From a virus, in the IMG/VR virus record IMGVR_UViG_3300037424_000830, positions 1 through 64,000 of that record: DNA of 64,000 bases; one strand, given 5' to 3'. The position numbers and the translations under genes were made by a program. The notes under the pieces are model-generated. The model ran no database searches, was not told the origin of the DNA, and worked only from the letters and a program-made list of their open reading frames with translations. Shown here in pieces: positions 19,201 through 26,895 of this stretch (position 1 is its first letter; each line of letters opens with the position of its first letter).

Positions 19201-19572
19201 TTTACCAATACTGGTCGAGGCGTCAGGCCTCTAGCCCCATCGCATGTTAAAGGTGATTGGGATTATAATGCTGGAACAGTGTTGATCTCGTGGAAGAGAC
19301 GCCAGAAGAAGTTTCTCCAACTTGCGTGGGATAATACAACAGGTACAGCCTTGGACGAATCTTTGGAGCACTACAAGCTGGTGATCAAGGATGGTTCCAC
19401 CGTTGTTCGTACAATCGATCCTGTTGCCGACACCACCGAGTACACCTATAGTGCAGCCAACATTCTAAGCGACTTCGGTACTGCAACTCCTGCAACAATC
19501 AATATCGAGGTTCAGACCAAAGGTGACTTGTGGGGCTATGGTCTCAAAGGCTCAGGCGTAGCAACGTATTGA
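16228..19572 (+). CDS. Host specificity/central tail protein (RcGTA g15-like)
   Basis: 1114 aa. Gly-rich hydrophobic N-terminus followed by GPRLDSIKVTADSVGQAIPKVWGRAPITGRLTW, the conserved start of GTA/phage host-specificity proteins. TAATG overlap upstream. Confidence 0.7.
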   Translation: MAILGLAIGGGAGTGFVANLVLSAGLIGLSFLLPRPKIEGPRLDSIKVTADSVGQAIPKVWGRAPITGRLTWIKDNELQEVKETESGKGGGPTTVTWLYFATFMCVCCDNELFAFERIWFDEHLVYNINNDSGPVLGEGLDMTIYLGTDDQEPDPLMVSILGEERVPGYRGVAHIVVNNYNLEKHGNRIPNIRFTTIERGTADSNIYPFAAQGSSLAVDKDRNLVYSWVNNLDGTGTLSSWNLFSGALVDTLLITVPSGTQNGVTLSTDGGTVYLGGGSGGAPGENTVGASVDTGGVFINLTTPNGSISLNHHGVGFSQYGFTVIGGQVTGFSFADGDATKWAVVTNLLQSSLTVELRRAHCIDVSFHFWFSTVADYTVSKVHIPTLITAAVAADPTTHSIDAVPYVITYSLGTLTGGLTQPRILFGDYSESLGLMCWIIFDAPTGKHYALKTDTNMNLVAFTEIMSSSLEAVNSPNVRLSNNQVAIQSSSSTAYIWNFNTMTKYMDFSSGVSVNSFSPYWLADKGIIVYPGYGGSNIVDLFGATPTEVPISDILTDMSTFVGIPSARIDTTLINSNHKVNGYFIDSQSAMRDSLDDVSLIWLVDVCDDGDKLKFITRGNNQSLSISEGFLRPGENEIADNISTENMLPPYTIPKSMTLEHYDPQNRLEKSIQGPISRPAVVVPAEDLIKVSTRCVMTPSKAAQQMEKIFRASWRKRFSYTLPLDYTLMRLHPGDVLIFPKNGELVTMLIDSIRSDLALFQLEGSMEDLARYESDAVGISGGHSEDILSTYAKTLFYFLDTHALREEDVNQQFYTAAYPASIAAIWSGASFYRSTDGSSFAFWVNTDDKAITGKAQDVLGTHPYYELIDEVNTVTIYIPDTTFTPESVDLATFMSDIQINPLMLQSNGTSEYELIRYRTVTSLGGNLWRLSNLKRGQRGTEQFMTHAINDLAFFPSPTTMDRIGEVADVNLLRYYKAVTWGAQLSSAASTSFTNTGRGVRPLAPSHVKGDWDYNAGTVLISWKRRQKKFLQLAWDNTTGTALDESLEHYKLVIKDGSTVVRTIDPVADTTEYTYSAANILSDFGTATPATINIEVQTKGDLWGYGLKGSGVATY

Positions 19573-19598
19573 TGACGATGTGAGATGGAAACAAGCAA

Positions 19599-21251
19599 AT
19601 GACTGACACACCGAATTTACTCCTTCCTTTGATGGATCTCACAACTGGAGATAAGGAAGGCATTTACTCGTCGGCAATGAAGTTCTTGGACTTCTTAGTC
19701 CAGCCAACTGTGATCAGTACTTTAAGTACTCCACCTGGTTCACCTGCAGAAGGTGCAAGATATCTTGTTGGGTCTTCTCCAACTGGTGCATTCGCAGGCC
19801 ATACGAATCACATCGCTTTTTACCTGGGCGGTTGGGTGTTCAGGACGCCTGTAGAAGGTTGGAAAATTTATGACCAAGGTGCAAACACATCAAAGATCTT
19901 TGATGGCGCTACTTGGTTTACCGATACGGGCGGGGGAGCTGGAACACCACCAACGTCATCAGATGACTTCAAAGACCCTTCAGCCAACGTTCGTGTAACA
20001 TCTGTTACTCTAAGTGCTCCGGGTGCTACCTTAGACGGCGTTACTATGGTGGCAGGGGATTCTTTCTTCCTCGATAATGGTGCAGCAACCGCTGGACTAT
20101 ATGATTGGAACGGTGCAGCAACCCCAGCTACACGCCGTGCAGATGCTGACACTAGCGCTGAAGTCACATCTGGAATGATTGTAACTGTAGCTCAGGGGAC
20201 TTCAGCAGGTACTCTATGGCAACTTACAACTCCTGATCCTATCACTCTTGATACTACAGCTCTCACTTTCACACAAGTCTCTGCAGCGACTTCAACCAGC
20301 TTTACAAACCAGGTAATCCAATACTCGGCATTCTCTTCAAATAACCTAAACTTGGCGACTTCTCACCGTAATAAAGTATTGCTAATCAATAATGGTACAA
20401 ACAACGTGACCATTACAGTCAATAGCGGTGTGATGGCAAACAACGCTGAAGTCAAAATTATTCGTCTCGGAACTGGTAAAGTCACAGTTATTGATGGCTC
20501 AGCTTCAATTAACACATCTTCTAGCGGTAGAGCTCTCAAGCGTTACGGTGGCATTCATTTGAAGCGCCGTACAAGCACTGTTTGGGAAACCCAATACATC
20601 GAAGCTTACCCTTCTATTACTGCGGTGAAAACTGCTAACTATACTGCAACAGCATTAGACGATGTTATTCCTTGCGATGCTTCTGGCGGAGCATTCACTG
20701 TTACCTTACCAACCGCAGCAAGTTCAACGGGAAAGATTCTGACCATCAAGAAGGTTGATGCATCACTCTTGCTAGTAACAATCGACGGTGACGGATCTGA
20801 AACGATCGATGGAGAGACAACCATTGCTCTCAACTTCAAGTATGAGAGCCTAACAATTCAGAGTGATGGTACAAACTGGCATGTATTACATGCTAATCGT
20901 GCTGTGCGCCACCAGTTCGCAATCTCTGATGAAACAACTGCACTTACTACAGGTACGGCTAAGCTCACGTTTAATATACCTGGTAAGATGCGTGTAGTAG
21001 CTATTCGGGGTGCTATTAACACTGTGTCTAGTTCTGGCATTCCAACTGTAGACATCAATGAAGCGGGTGTGTCTATTCTTACAGACAAGCTCACAATTGA
21101 CGCAAACGAGAAGTCATCATTAAATGCAGCTACTGCGGCTACTTTCAGTGATACAATTCTTGCGGATGATTCGGAAATAACGGCGGATATTGACGTGGCG
21201 GGTACAGGTGCAAAAGGCTTCAAGGTTACACTCATTGGGTGGTGGATCTGA
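19599..21251 (+). CDS. Tail fibre protein with a DUF2793-like N-terminal domain
   Basis: N-terminus PNLLLPLM...PPGSPAEGARYLVG...GAFAGHTNHIAFYLGGWVFRTPVEGWKIY follows the DUF2793 pattern known next to GTA-type tail genes. The rest is Thr/Ala/Gly-rich and beta-like. Confidence 0.6.
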   Translation: MTDTPNLLLPLMDLTTGDKEGIYSSAMKFLDFLVQPTVISTLSTPPGSPAEGARYLVGSSPTGAFAGHTNHIAFYLGGWVFRTPVEGWKIYDQGANTSKIFDGATWFTDTGGGAGTPPTSSDDFKDPSANVRVTSVTLSAPGATLDGVTMVAGDSFFLDNGAATAGLYDWNGAATPATRRADADTSAEVTSGMIVTVAQGTSAGTLWQLTTPDPITLDTTALTFTQVSAATSTSFTNQVIQYSAFSSNNLNLATSHRNKVLLINNGTNNVTITVNSGVMANNAEVKIIRLGTGKVTVIDGSASINTSSSGRALKRYGGIHLKRRTSTVWETQYIEAYPSITAVKTANYTATALDDVIPCDASGGAFTVTLPTAASSTGKILTIKKVDASLLLVTIDGDGSETIDGETTIALNFKYESLTIQSDGTNWHVLHANRAVRHQFAISDETTALTTGTAKLTFNIPGKMRVVAIRGAINTVSSSGIPTVDINEAGVSILTDKLTIDANEKSSLNAATAATFSDTILADDSEITADIDVAGTGAKGFKVTLIGWWI

Positions 21252-22276
21252 TGTCTCGGTCTTTAATCTTACCAAGACGCGAAAAGCTTATCGGTAGTCT
21301 TCAAGAGCTACACAGAGATGAACGTGGCTATGGGATCCTGAATCCCTTTTTAGTCGCACCGAGTGGTCCGACATTACCAGCACAGTACTGGCGTATTCTT
21401 GTTACCGATACACAAGCAACAGGTTCCGATAGTACAGCTGGTCTTCAAGAGCTCTATTTAGCTGCAAGTGATTTTGGCGCAAATGAAGCGACAACCCCAA
21501 CGAATGCTATCTCGGATAGCGAATTTGATGGTAATTTTGTGAATGATAATGCATTTGATGGAGAGCTCTCTGACAACACAGGTAATGGTTGGGCTTCAAC
21601 CAATACAGCATTTCCACATTATATAGGATATGATTTCGGATCAGGAAATGACATTACTATTGTTGGAATTGCAATTTCTGGACGTGCTGTTACAGGGGCG
21701 TCAATAGAACAAGGTTTCGAAGATTTTGACGTCCAATATAGCAATGACGGTTCTATATGGGCAACATATTGGTCCGAAGCTAGTGTCGTTTGGGCTAAAT
21801 ATAGCTTCAAGTGGTTTCATCACACAGCACCGAGTTATAGTGGTTCACCACATGGAGCCCATTCGTTCTGGCGCATTTTTGTTTTTGAAACTGGCGGCGC
21901 CAATACTAGTGCTTCAGAAATCGAGTTTCTTGACGTGTCCGGTGGTACTGACCAGGCAACAGGTGGAACAGCAGTAGCTGATAGTGTGTTTTCATCTTTT
22001 GTAGCCGCTAATGCATTCGATGATAATACTGGTACGTTCTGGGCTGGTGGTAACGCTGCGGGATGGATGCGCTATGACTTTGCTTCGGCGGTCGAGATCG
22101 GTGCAGTATCATGGCGAGCGCGATCGGATGCTAATCCTGAACAAAGTATTTATTACGGAGTTGTACAATACGCTGACAGTTCAAGTGGCCCATGGCAAAC
22201 AGCATGGGCAATTCAAACTGGTGGTGGCTGGTCAACCAATGAAAAGCGCACCTTCGCTGATCCAAACTACGTCTAA
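21251..22276 (+). CDS. Putative receptor-binding protein with two discoidin/galactose-binding-like repeats
   Basis: Two similar segments: NAFDGELSDNTGNGWAS...YIGYDFG...IVGIAISGRA and NAFDDNTGTFWAGGNAAGWMRYDFASAVEIGAVSWRARSD. ATG 21251 overlaps the upstream stop (TGATG). Confidence 0.5.
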   Translation: MSRSLILPRREKLIGSLQELHRDERGYGILNPFLVAPSGPTLPAQYWRILVTDTQATGSDSTAGLQELYLAASDFGANEATTPTNAISDSEFDGNFVNDNAFDGELSDNTGNGWASTNTAFPHYIGYDFGSGNDITIVGIAISGRAVTGASIEQGFEDFDVQYSNDGSIWATYWSEASVVWAKYSFKWFHHTAPSYSGSPHGAHSFWRIFVFETGGANTSASEIEFLDVSGGTDQATGGTAVADSVFSSFVAANAFDDNTGTFWAGGNAAGWMRYDFASAVEIGAVSWRARSDANPEQSIYYGVVQYADSSSGPWQTAWAIQTGGGWSTNEKRTFADPNYV

Positions 22277-22293
22277 TTACAGGAGGAAATGTT

Positions 22294-23013
22294 ATGGTAA
22301 CTAAAGAGGAAGTTAAGAACTGGCAACGGAGACTCAAAGAGTTAGGCCTTGATCCGGGGCCTATAGATGGAGTCTTTGGCCCACAGACGAAAAAAGCTGT
22401 GCGCGAGTTTCAAAGGATGCACAAACTAAAGGACGACGGAATCGTCGGGCCTTTAACGCACGCTGAAATGTTTCCGCAGCATATTCCAGAGCGTGACAGT
22501 GAGTCCAACGTTGTAGTCGCTCCATCGCTTCCTGGAGTTACAAACTTGTGGCCAGCAGAAGCTGGTGTGGAAAAGTTTTACGGGAAAGTCAATGACATCC
22601 CCAAGTACATGGAGGAGTTTGAGCCTCCTTATCCGTTGTGGTATGCAGGTAACTTAAACTACCGCATCAAGAAGATCGCACTCCACGAAAAAGTTATACG
22701 GTCTGCAGAAAGAGTGTTAATCCGAGTAAAGGATGCCTACGGCGACGAAGTTAAGGAATTGAATCTTGACGTATATGGAGGTGGATACAACAAGAGACTG
22801 AAGCGTGGTGGTACAACGTGGTCTATGCACGCTTATGCCATTGCAATGGATTGGAATCCCGCTGAGAACAAACTTCGTTGGAATCATATGCTGGCTGAGC
22901 TCGCCAAGCCTGCGTATAGTTCTTGGTGGAAACTTTGGCGAGAAGAGGGGTGGGTAGGTCTAGGCCCAACTAGGGACTATGACTGGATGCATGTGCAAGC
23001 AGCGCGTGTATGA
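22294..23013 (+). CDS. Endolysin: PG_binding_1 domain plus M15/LAS-type zinc peptidase
   Basis: GLDPGPIDGVFGPQTKKAVREFQ...DDGIVGP is a peptidoglycan-binding repeat. SMHAYAIAMD (H..D) and DWMHVQ are LAS peptidase metal ligands. Confidence 0.75.
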   Translation: MVTKEEVKNWQRRLKELGLDPGPIDGVFGPQTKKAVREFQRMHKLKDDGIVGPLTHAEMFPQHIPERDSESNVVVAPSLPGVTNLWPAEAGVEKFYGKVNDIPKYMEEFEPPYPLWYAGNLNYRIKKIALHEKVIRSAERVLIRVKDAYGDEVKELNLDVYGGGYNKRLKRGGTTWSMHAYAIAMDWNPAENKLRWNHMLAELAKPAYSSWWKLWREEGWVGLGPTRDYDWMHVQAARV

Positions 23014-23053
23014 CTCGCTCATCATCACTACTTGAAACTTGAAGGAGAATGAA

Positions 23054-23671
23054 ATGAACTGGACAAGAATTGGAACGTATGTACTGGGAGTTGTCCTTGT
23101 ACTCATTGTGCTGTACCTTGTGTGGCCCTATCTGTCTCCGGGGCCCGCAGCAGCTGCAACTCTTGACTCATCTGTTACCGGACCTATATTCGACCTCGTC
23201 AGCACGGCCTTGGCTGCAGTGGTGGGATATATTGTGTGGCTGGTCAAAGGCTGGCTCAACTCGAAAACGGTTCTTACACAAACCGAGATCGATGACCATC
23301 TTGCGGATCGAATCAATGAAATGGCTCACCGTGGTATCGCCTATGCTAAGACGATTGCCGCTGAGAAATTCGGAAAGATCGACATCCCAGTCGACAATTG
23401 GTTTCTCAATATGGCGGCTGAATATGCAATGAGGTCGATTCCTGATACAGTCAAGAAGTACAACATCGGCGAAGATCGTATGATCGAGATCATCAAAGCT
23501 CGACTACCTGAGTACGGGTTCGGAATGACTTCCGATGTAAAGGTATCCACTCCTGCTCCGGATGCCGTAAACAAGACTGTCACAATCAAAGCTTCTGCAC
23601 CATCACCAAAGGTTGGTGCAGCGGTGCCGTCGTCTACAACTTCTCCAGTCTCTACAAAGCCTGGAGCTTGA
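23054..23671 (+). CDS. Holin-like membrane protein
   Basis: Two predicted TM segments (IGTYVLGVVLVLIVLYLVW, STALAAVVGYIVWLVKGW). Directly after the endolysin. AAGGAG RBS before ATG 23054. Confidence 0.5.
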   Translation: MNWTRIGTYVLGVVLVLIVLYLVWPYLSPGPAAAATLDSSVTGPIFDLVSTALAAVVGYIVWLVKGWLNSKTVLTQTEIDDHLADRINEMAHRGIAYAKTIAAEKFGKIDIPVDNWFLNMAAEYAMRSIPDTVKKYNIGEDRMIEIIKARLPEYGFGMTSDVKVSTPAPDAVNKTVTIKASAPSPKVGAAVPSSTTSPVSTKPGA

Positions 23672-23740
23672 ACTAGTTCATACCCTCATGGCACTCAGGG
23701 TATGAAGTTGGGTTGCTGTTACCCTTGATAGCACCCCACG

Positions 23741-23788
23741 CAAAGGGCGAAGTTTCGGTGGAAGCCTCCCGACCGACTTCGCCCTTTG
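23741..23788. terminator. Hairpin at the convergent junction of the + and - gene blocks (bidirectional terminator candidate)
   Basis: 13-bp perfect stem caaagggcgaagt / acttcgccctttg with a 22-nt loop, between stop 23671 (+) and stop 23794 (-). Confidence 0.55.
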
Positions 23789-23793
23789 TCTTC

Positions 23794-24288
23794 TCATGAT
23801 TGATCTGGAACAATGCTAACTCTTGATTCAACGGGACGTTGTTCCTGATCTTGATATGAGCCTTTGTAGGCAAGATCAGTTGGATTTGTAAGCTTGTGAA
23901 AGATGAACTGTGCGATTGGCATCTTGTCGTAGATCTGCACAGTTTCCTTGGAGTGATTAGTAAGCTCCAGAGTGGTATACCCCCGCCAACCAGGTTCCAA
24001 CACAGTGTTCTGGACAGCAATTCCCCGACGAGCCCAGGATGACTTATCATGGACAATCACTAGAAGGTCATCTGGGATCTCCACGCGTTCGACGGTGACT
24101 GCAAGGAGAAAGCCTCCCGGTTCAATATCGACCGATGGTGTGTCAAGGAAGATACGCACATCGTATCCAGCTGGTCCGAGACCATATGAGAGACCCATGA
24201 ATCTGGATCCTGGTTGCTCGAATGGATCGATCACGAGACGACGGCTGTGTCTCACCTGCCAAAGAATATCCTGAGCTGCAAGTATCAT
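23794..24288 (-). CDS. dcd: dCTP deaminase-family protein (dUTPase superfamily)
   Basis: KSSWARRGI and LEPGWRGYTTLELTN match the Dcd motifs (kSs.aRlG, dpGf.G.ltLEl.N). Confidence 0.65.
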   Translation of the reverse strand: MILAAQDILWQVRHSRRLVIDPFEQPGSRFMGLSYGLGPAGYDVRIFLDTPSVDIEPGGFLLAVTVERVEIPDDLLVIVHDKSSWARRGIAVQNTVLEPGWRGYTTLELTNHSKETVQIYDKMPIAQFIFHKLTNPTDLAYKGSYQDQEQRPVESRVSIVPDQS

Positions 24289-24311
24289 GTAGTCCTCCTG
24301 TGTTAAGTGGG

Positions 24312-25001
24312 TTAAGTTTTGGGTTGGTTGATGAGGCTAAGAAGCTCTGAGCGTAAAGAATCAACGGTTCGAAACCTCCCCGACATCTTCGATGTGACTG
24401 TGTCAGAACAGAAATCTTCGATCCCCCGAAACTTGACGCAATAGTGGTCAGCAGTGATGATTACCGCAATGTCGTCGGTCTCGAGTACTACACTCAGGGC
24501 CGCAGATATTTGTTCTGTAAGGCGTTCTTGTACTTGTGGGCGCCGTGAAAAGTACTCCACAATACGGTTGAACTTTGACAAGCCGATCACTTTGTGCGCT
24601 GGAATATACGCAATATGAGCTTTGCCGATAATTGGCATGAAGTGATGTTCACATAGAGATTTCACCTCGATGTTACGCACCAAGATGACCTCGTCGTACT
24701 GGAAACCATTGGGATGGCAAGTGCATTCAGGGAACAGAGTGTAGTTGAGACCCCAGCAAATTTCGTCCAAGTACATCTTTGCAAGGCGTTGAGGAGTGTC
24801 CTTGATCGAAGGATCTTCCATGTTAAGCCCCAGTGTAAAGACAATCGAGTCAAAGTGATTCCCTAGTGCTGAAGCTTGTTCAGCGGCATACTTGGGTTTA
24901 TGAGCAGCTACGAGGTGTTCAGGACGCATCGGCGTTTCAATACCACGCTCGATAAGAAGTCTATGAACTTTAAGGCCGAGATCTCCGTTATAGTCAGTCA
25001 T
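24312..25001 (-). CDS. folE: GTP cyclohydrolase I
   Basis: CEHHFMPIIGKAHIAYIP...VIGLSKFNRIVEYFSRRPQVQERLTEQI is the hallmark FolE core. Confidence 0.85.
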   Translation of the reverse strand: MTDYNGDLGLKVHRLLIERGIETPMRPEHLVAAHKPKYAAEQASALGNHFDSIVFTLGLNMEDPSIKDTPQRLAKMYLDEICWGLNYTLFPECTCHPNGFQYDEVILVRNIEVKSLCEHHFMPIIGKAHIAYIPAHKVIGLSKFNRIVEYFSRRPQVQERLTEQISAALSVVLETDDIAVIITADHYCVKFRGIEDFCSDTVTSKMSGRFRTVDSLRSELLSLINQPKT

Positions 25002-25360
25002 GTGTAGTCTCCTTGAAGTGGTTTAACTTTTTGCTTCTCACGAATGACATCAATTCGTTCCCAGCATTTCTTGAGTTGTTTTTCTGCGGCATCTTCAAGA
25101 CTTATATCGCAAGCTGAACATAACGCAGAGAGTGTAACAATTGTGCCTCCAATCTCGTCAAGCAATTCACCTACTGGACGGCTATAGGTATGACGCACCT
25201 GACCATGTATATCACTCTCAGGAATTCCGAGCGCTTGAGCGACTTCAGTAGCTTCTTCAACAAGACGTAGAACGCGCTCACGTTTGTTCATGGTAACTTT
25301 TTGTCCAAAACATTGTAGAGCCCAAGTTTGGACGAGATTCTGAAACAGTCCTATAGTCAT
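24998..25360 (-). CDS. MazG-like nucleotide pyrophosphohydrolase
   Basis: 120 aa, all helical. RVLRLVEEATEVAQAL is an EExxE-type motif typical of small MazG/NTP-PPase proteins. ATGA overlap with folE. Confidence 0.55.
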   Translation of the reverse strand: MTIGLFQNLVQTWALQCFGQKVTMNKRERVLRLVEEATEVAQALGIPESDIHGQVRHTYSRPVGELLDEIGGTIVTLSALCSACDISLEDAAEKQLKKCWERIDVIREKQKVKPLQGDYT

Positions 25361-25373
25361 GTGTAGCCTCCTG

Positions 25374-26309
25374 TTAAACCTTCTCGTTGGTGAATGTGCA
25401 AGTGCCGTCGTTGTGGATTGTCATATCCTGATAGATACTTGTGAAGAGCTTTTTCATTTGGTTGGCGACATTGAGAAAGATGTCACGCATCTCTTCGTCA
25501 TTTTCGTACTCGCCGAATACTTGTCGAATCTCCTCTTCGGCACCTATTGCAGTTCTCATCGCAATCATATGCCGGATAGCTCGGTGGTTAGCTGTGAAGA
25601 TAATATGCGTTGACATTCCTCCCGGAGCTGTTCTACGGAGGGCTGATGTAAGCTCTTTCTTGATATGGAATGGCATCTTAGGATCGTCAAGCAAAAGACT
25701 CTTGGCAAAGAATGCTACGCGGTCTTCTGCCGTCTTAGATACGATAGTTGTGGCATCAATAAGGAGCTCGCTCATATAGATTGCCCAGTGTCCCGGGTCT
25801 CCATCGAAACCTTCAACGGTTTCTGGGTTCTTAATAAATGGGGCAATGTTTCGCTCAAGCCATCTAGGAGTGAAACATGTTGGTTTGAACATCCCGATGT
25901 CGTCGATACGAACGAAGCGTCCAGACTCTTGCGAGATAGCAACGCCTGCTCTGTGTCGAACAAGTTCGTGGGTGAAGATCCTGGAGACATCAGTACACGC
26001 AAAAGTCACGCTAGCGTGTTCTAGAACCGAGCCGTGTTTTTGTTTGAGGATGTTATGAAGGTAGTCTTTGTTCCCTTCACGGACTTTGTGGACATTAAGG
26101 TTCAGTTGAGGTTTGAAAGAACGGTAGCACAAACGTCCAGCGACTTCGATTACCCATTCACTACCCGTTCTGGCATCAGTAACGAAGCCGTCTTCTACCG
26201 GTTTGTCCTTATCGGTTGTGGCTCCAATTTCTTTTAGGAAGTCCCAAGCGCCTGATGAATGCATCTTGGTTTCTGCAATCACGAATACTTTTGGATTTGT
26301 AAAATGCAT
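25374..26309 (-). CDS. thyX: Flavin-dependent thymidylate synthase
   Basis: ThyX signature HELVRHRAGVAISQESGRF (RHR...S....S.R). Confidence 0.8.
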   Translation of the reverse strand: MHFTNPKVFVIAETKMHSSGAWDFLKEIGATTDKDKPVEDGFVTDARTGSEWVIEVAGRLCYRSFKPQLNLNVHKVREGNKDYLHNILKQKHGSVLEHASVTFACTDVSRIFTHELVRHRAGVAISQESGRFVRIDDIGMFKPTCFTPRWLERNIAPFIKNPETVEGFDGDPGHWAIYMSELLIDATTIVSKTAEDRVAFFAKSLLLDDPKMPFHIKKELTSALRRTAPGGMSTHIIFTANHRAIRHMIAMRTAIGAEEEIRQVFGEYENDEEMRDIFLNVANQMKKLFTSIYQDMTIHNDGTCTFTNEKV

Positions 26310-26310
26310 C

Positions 26311-26889
26311 TTATTCCTCCTGTATTATAAACTGAGCTGGACTACGATCATCAACTCCATGTTTTGTTAGAACGTGTTCCAAGAGCATGAGAAAACAACA
26401 TCCAGCGTGTGCAAGATGGTACAAAGTGCTCTCTTCATCGAAGAATTGGCCCGCCATGTGGTAGTCCATATGACTCTCGGCTGCTCTCAGGAGCCTTGAC
26501 CATGTAAAACCTTCTCCACTATGCCAATTACCAACGCTATATTTCTTTGCGCCGAATGCAAAGACTTTAGCGATCTCCTGTTTACCGAGCAGGAACGCAT
26601 AGCGATCACTAAGCGGGCCAACTACTTCTTGAGCAATGCGTCCTAAAACGATAGTCGTATGTGCAGTCGTATACGCAAGAGTAGAAGCGGAGCCCCCTAC
26701 TTTGAATGTTGTCAAACTAATGTAGGCACCTTCCATCGAGAACTCAAAGTCTCTTGATACGGATGAAATAATACCACGAGACATCTCAACAGCTCGCGCC
26801 GGTAGGAAAAAGATTGGAGGTTTGTCTTTGTCGTGTTTCGTTGCTTGAATCTCGTTGCCAGATACTTCTAGGTGGTTATCCATTATCAT
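26311..26889 (-). CDS. DUF5664-like (dATP/dGTP diphosphohydrolase N-terminal-like) protein
   Basis: KHDKDKPPIFFLP...VFAFGAKKYSVGNWHSG...RAAESHMDYH...HLAHAGCCFLMLLE follows the KHD.gK...fGa.KY..nW...H pattern of this phage family. Confidence 0.55.
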   Translation of the reverse strand: MIMDNHLEVSGNEIQATKHDKDKPPIFFLPARAVEMSRGIISSVSRDFEFSMEGAYISLTTFKVGGSASTLAYTTAHTTIVLGRIAQEVVGPLSDRYAFLLGKQEIAKVFAFGAKKYSVGNWHSGEGFTWSRLLRAAESHMDYHMAGQFFDEESTLYHLAHAGCCFLMLLEHVLTKHGVDDRSPAQFIIQEE

Positions 26890-26895
26890 CCTCCA

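Noticed and set aside
23673-24056. 127-aa minus-strand ORF overlapping the dcd-like gene and the convergent terminator
   Set aside because: It is out of frame with the Dcd-like ORF, which carries recognisable motifs. It would also run through the terminator hairpin.
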